A stretch of 64,000 nt of DNA, from the NCBI GenBank assembly GCA_963798845.1, contig CAWCUS010000004.1:96001-160000 (forward strand). The letters are read 5' to 3'. The notes under the pieces were generated by a model, which had not been told where the DNA came from, searched no databases, and saw nothing but the letters and a program-made list of their open reading frames with translations. The first letter of the stretch is position 1. Each line of letters begins with the position of its first letter. Below are positions 60,985 to 64,000 of the stretch, one piece after another. The stretch is from an uncultured Gemmatimonadales bacterium. GTDB lineage: Bacteria; Gemmatimonadota; Gemmatimonadetes; Longimicrobiales; RSA9. The position numbers and the translations under genes are program-made.

Positions 60985-62645
60985 GACGCTGGCGCCGGGG
61001 TTTGACCATCGTGCTCCGGCTGCTCCCGTTCCTGGTCGCCTTCCTGCGCGACCGCCGACGCTGGATCCTCTTCGGACGACCCCGGCGGCTTCCGTACGAT
61101 GCGCACCAGAAGCGGGCGACGAGGCTCACCACGACGATCGCCCGCCTCGGGCCCACGTTCATCAAGCTCGCCCAGGTGTTCGGCGCCCGCGCCGACATCC
61201 TGCCCGAGCCGTACCTCTCCTCCATCGCCAGTCTCCAGGACCGCTGTCCGCCGGACCGGCCCGAGGACATTGAACAGGTGGTCGCGGCGGAGCTCGGCCG
61301 GCCGGTGGAGGAGGTGTTCGAGGCCTTCGACCGGGACCCGGTGGCGGCGGCCAGCCTGGGCCAGGTGCACCGCGCCACGCTCGCAGGCCGTCAGGTGGCG
61401 GTGAAGGTGCTGCGCCCCGGCGTCGAGGCCCTCGTCGCCGTGGACCTGGAGATCAGCTTCCGCATCCTCTTCCTCCTGAACATCCTGTTCCGGAACCACC
61501 ACGTGAAGGCGCTGACCAACGCCGTGCGGGAGTTCAGCGCGCGCGTCCGCGTGGAGATGGACTTCCGCGACGAGTCGCGCCACATGGCGCTGTTCCAGAC
61601 CCATTTCGGCGACGACCCGCGCGTGGTGGGGCCGGTGGCCGTGGAAGGGCTCGTGCGCCGGCGGGTCCTCGTCATGGAGTGGATCGAGGGGGATCGCGTC
61701 GACCTGCTGGCGTCGCGTTTCGCGTCCGGCGAGCTCGACTTCCGCGAGCTCATGGAAACGCTCACCGAAGTCTACCTCCGCATGCTCCTGGTGGAGGGGC
61801 TCATGCACGCCGACCCCCACCCGGGCAACATCCTGGTGGACCGGCAGGGGCGCATCGTCCTCCTCGACTGGGGAATGGTGGTCCAGCTCCGGCCCCCGAC
61901 GCGCGACCAGATCATCCGCGTCGCCATGGCGGCCGCCCGCGAGGACGTCGACGGCATCATCAACGGCATGTACGAGCTGGGGATGATCGACCCGGACATC
62001 TCGCGCGCCGAGATCCGGGACGCGGCCGTGGAGATCATGGGCACCCTCGACCGCATGCGAGAGATCGGGATCGAGCGCGTCCAGGATGCGATACGCGACA
62101 TCATGGACACGTTCTACACGTGGCCGCTCATGCTCCCCCGTGAGCTCGTCTACTTCTTCCGCGCCGCCGCCCTGCTGGAGGGCATCGGACTCCGCTACGA
62201 TCCGGCGTTCAACGGCATGGACGTGTCCCGCGTCGTGGTCGAGCGCATGCGCCCCGAGCTCGTACGCGTGGCCGCCCGCGAGCCCGTGGACGTGGCACGG
62301 TCACTGTTCGACGACGCCCGGGCGACGCTCACCGGCGTGCGCGATCTCATTCGCCGCGCCGACCGCGAGGAGATGCGCGTTCGCGTCCACCCGCGCGACA
62401 TGGTCCAGCTGGAACGGTTCCTTTCGCTCCAGATCCGCCGCATCCAGCTCTCTCTCTTCGCCGCGACCATGGCGCTCATCGCCGCCGTCGTCTTTCTCGC
62501 CTTCCCGCGCTGGTGGGTCCTTGCCGGCGGCTTCCTCGTCGCGCTCGTGCTCTTCATGATCGCCCTCGTCGTGCCGACGCACCTCCTGGAGAACCCGCTG
62601 CGCCACGCGCGCGGCGTGGGAGAGGCGCTGCGCCGCGAGCTGTAG
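60981..62645 (+). CDS. ABC1/UbiB (AarF) family atypical kinase
   Basis: LGPTFIKLAQ, AAASLGQVH, VAVKVLRP, HADPHPGN, LLDWG. Confidence 0.93.
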   Translation: MRRWRRGLTIVLRLLPFLVAFLRDRRRWILFGRPRRLPYDAHQKRATRLTTTIARLGPTFIKLAQVFGARADILPEPYLSSIASLQDRCPPDRPEDIEQVVAAELGRPVEEVFEAFDRDPVAAASLGQVHRATLAGRQVAVKVLRPGVEALVAVDLEISFRILFLLNILFRNHHVKALTNAVREFSARVRVEMDFRDESRHMALFQTHFGDDPRVVGPVAVEGLVRRRVLVMEWIEGDRVDLLASRFASGELDFRELMETLTEVYLRMLLVEGLMHADPHPGNILVDRQGRIVLLDWGMVVQLRPPTRDQIIRVAMAAAREDVDGIINGMYELGMIDPDISRAEIRDAAVEIMGTLDRMREIGIERVQDAIRDIMDTFYTWPLMLPRELVYFFRAAALLEGIGLRYDPAFNGMDVSRVVVERMRPELVRVAAREPVDVARSLFDDARATLTGVRDLIRRADREEMRVRVHPRDMVQLERFLSLQIRRIQLSLFAATMALIAAVVFLAFPRWWVLAGGFLVALVLFMIALVVPTHLLENPLRHARGVGEALRREL

Positions 62646-62922
62646 CGGGTCGGAAGCTGCGGCCCGCCAGGGAGCAGAGCGGCGCCGGGGGAGGAAGGCG
62701 GCGCCAGGTCCGGGCGCCCCCCCGGGAAACCCGACCGATCGGGACCGCTGGCGATGCCGATGGCCCCTTTCGGGCCTATGGCGCCGCATATCGACCCTCC
62801 GATCACGCGTCCGCTTCCCGAGTGGTCGCTCGCCGGTGATGGACACCCGAAATCGACCACCGGCGCTCGACGTGGCATCGCGTGGTCGCTCGACCGGCCG
62901 CCCGGGACCGCGCACCGCCCGC

Positions 62923-63172
62923 GCCCTCCCGCCCCCTCCCGCCCTCCCTCCCGCCCTCCCGCCCTCCCGCCCTCCCGCCCTCCCGCCCTCCCGCCCGCCC
63001 TCCCGCCCTCCCTCCCTCCCTCCCGCCCTCCCGCCACTCCCTCCCTCCCGCCCTCCCGCCATCCCGCCATCCCTCCCGCCATCCCGCCATCCCTCGCCAT
63101 CCCGCCATCCCTCCCTCCCTCCCGCCCTCCCGCCCTCCCGCCCTCCCTCCCTCCCGCGCTCCATCCCGCCCG
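62923..63172. repeat. C-rich microsatellite tract (CCCG/CCCT/CCAT units)
   Basis: About 250 bp of 4-nt-period CCCN, forming (CCCGCCCT)n and (CCCGCCAT)n blocks. Confidence 0.92.
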
Positions 63173-63173
63173 T

Positions 63174-63202
63174 TTGACGATACCCGCCCGTCTCACGACC
63201 TT
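63174..63202 (+). promoter_or_regulatory. Possible promoter for leaderless meaB
   Basis: TTGACG, 17 bp spacer, GACCTT, then 7 nt to ATG 63210. Confidence 0.5.
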
Positions 63203-63209
63203 GCACCCC

Positions 63210-64000
63210 ATGAACGCACCGGAGTCCGGGGCCGCCGGCGAGCCGATGAGCCCCGCGCAGGAAGACCTGCTCGACAGGTTCGGGGAGGGAAGGCGGGCCG
63301 CCCTGGCCCGCGTCATCTCCATCGTCGAGAATCAGGAGCCCGGCTTCCAGGCTGTCCTGGATGCGCTCCACACCCAGATCCGCGGGAGCCGCCGCATCGG
63401 GATCACCGGGCCGCCCGGGGCGGGGAAGTCGACGCTCACCGCCGAGCTGATCCGGCGCTTCCGGGCGAGGGACCAGACCGTGGGCGTGATCGCGGTGGAT
63501 CCGACCAGCCCGTACACCGGCGGAGCCCTGCTCGGCGACCGCATCCGCATGAACGAGGTCGCGCAGGGCGAGGGCGTGTTCGTCCGCTCCATGGCCACGC
63601 GCGGCGCCCTCGGTGGCCTCGCCGCCGCCACCCGAGAGGCCATGGACGTCCTCGCCGCCTTCGGCTTCGACGTCATCCTGGTGGAGACGGTCGGCGTGGG
63701 ACAGAGCGAGCTCGACATCGCCGCCGCCGCCGACACCACCGTAGTCGTCCTCGTCCCCGAGTCCGGCGACGCCATCCAGACCATGAAGGCCGGGCTCATG
63801 GAAGCGGCCGACCTGTTCGTGGTCAACAAGGCCGACCGCCCCGGCGCCCCCCGCCTGGCGAAGGAAGTGGAGATGATGCTCCACCTTCGCCTCGGCGACG
63901 CCATGAAGAACATGCCCGCGCACCACGGCGTGCAGCTGAACCGCGCTCGCACGGCGAAGGCGAAGATGGAGGCGAGGCAGGCAGAGGGCGGCCGCGCAGG
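63210..64000 (+). CDS. meaB: Methylmalonyl-CoA mutase-associated GTPase MeaB (partial, runs off window)
   Basis: Not in the ORF track. Manual translation gives ALARVISIVEN, GITGPPGAGKST, DPTSPYTGGALLGDRIRM, RSMATRG, ETVGVGQSE, VNKAD. Confidence 0.93.
   Translation, partial: MNAPESGAAGEPMSPAQEDLLDRFGEGRRAALARVISIVENQEPGFQAVLDALHTQIRGSRRIGITGPPGAGKSTLTAELIRRFRARDQTVGVIAVDPTSPYTGGALLGDRIRMNEVAQGEGVFVRSMATRGALGGLAAATREAMDVLAAFGFDVILVETVGVGQSELDIAAAADTTVVVLVPESGDAIQTMKAGLMEAADLFVVNKADRPGAPRLAKEVEMMLHLRLGDAMKNMPAHHGVQLNRARTAKAKMEARQAEGGRA

Noticed and set aside
62646..62922. Cobalamin riboswitch upstream of meaB
   Set aside because: No B12-box or GCCACTG/GGGAAG core is recognisable, and a promoter appears to lie immediately before meaB.
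62195..63322. 375-aa and 541-aa minus-strand ORFs with GGREGGRA repeats
   Set aside because: They are translations of the low-complexity tract and overlap the kinase and meaB genes in antisense.

Overview
High-GC bacterial chromosomal segment. Gene order and protein styles suggest Gemmatimonadota (inference only). It is mostly housekeeping: mazG(partial)/alr-lipoprotein-OMP-miaB-comEC-DUF4157-fbp; an Oar-type TonB-dependent receptor; add; ppdK; truA-tal-htrA-purB-purC-pssA-purSQL-purF; a trp cluster interrupted by lexA and by a HEAT/HD-GYP pair; rqcH; panBCD; a fluoride riboswitch-crcB-DUF190 unit; rlmN; aspS; phoH-pgpH-ybeY-mgtE-ABC1 kinase; and meaB(partial). No cas genes, integrase, transposase, tRNA or rRNA were recognised. 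The most unusual element is the ppdK-purF intergenic region (16596-17133). It holds two oppositely oriented arrays of 17 mini-hairpins that follow the pattern GCGA-[variable stem-loop]-GAGC joined by a CCCTCT linker (one copy degenerate). The arrays flank a 129-bp core that can fold into a long hairpin. Other points of interest: tandem direct-repeat LexA-like operators shared with the divergent trpC operon, a probable psd gene reduced to its membrane anchor, a variant fluoride aptamer, a ~250-bp CCCN tract abutting the meaB promoter, a secreted SDR-ankyrin fusion, and a cluster of internally deleted gene remnants at 42.8-45.5 kb. Single-base frameshifts in rqcH and ybeY are probably sequencing errors. 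All family calls come from motif recognition by eye, not database searches.
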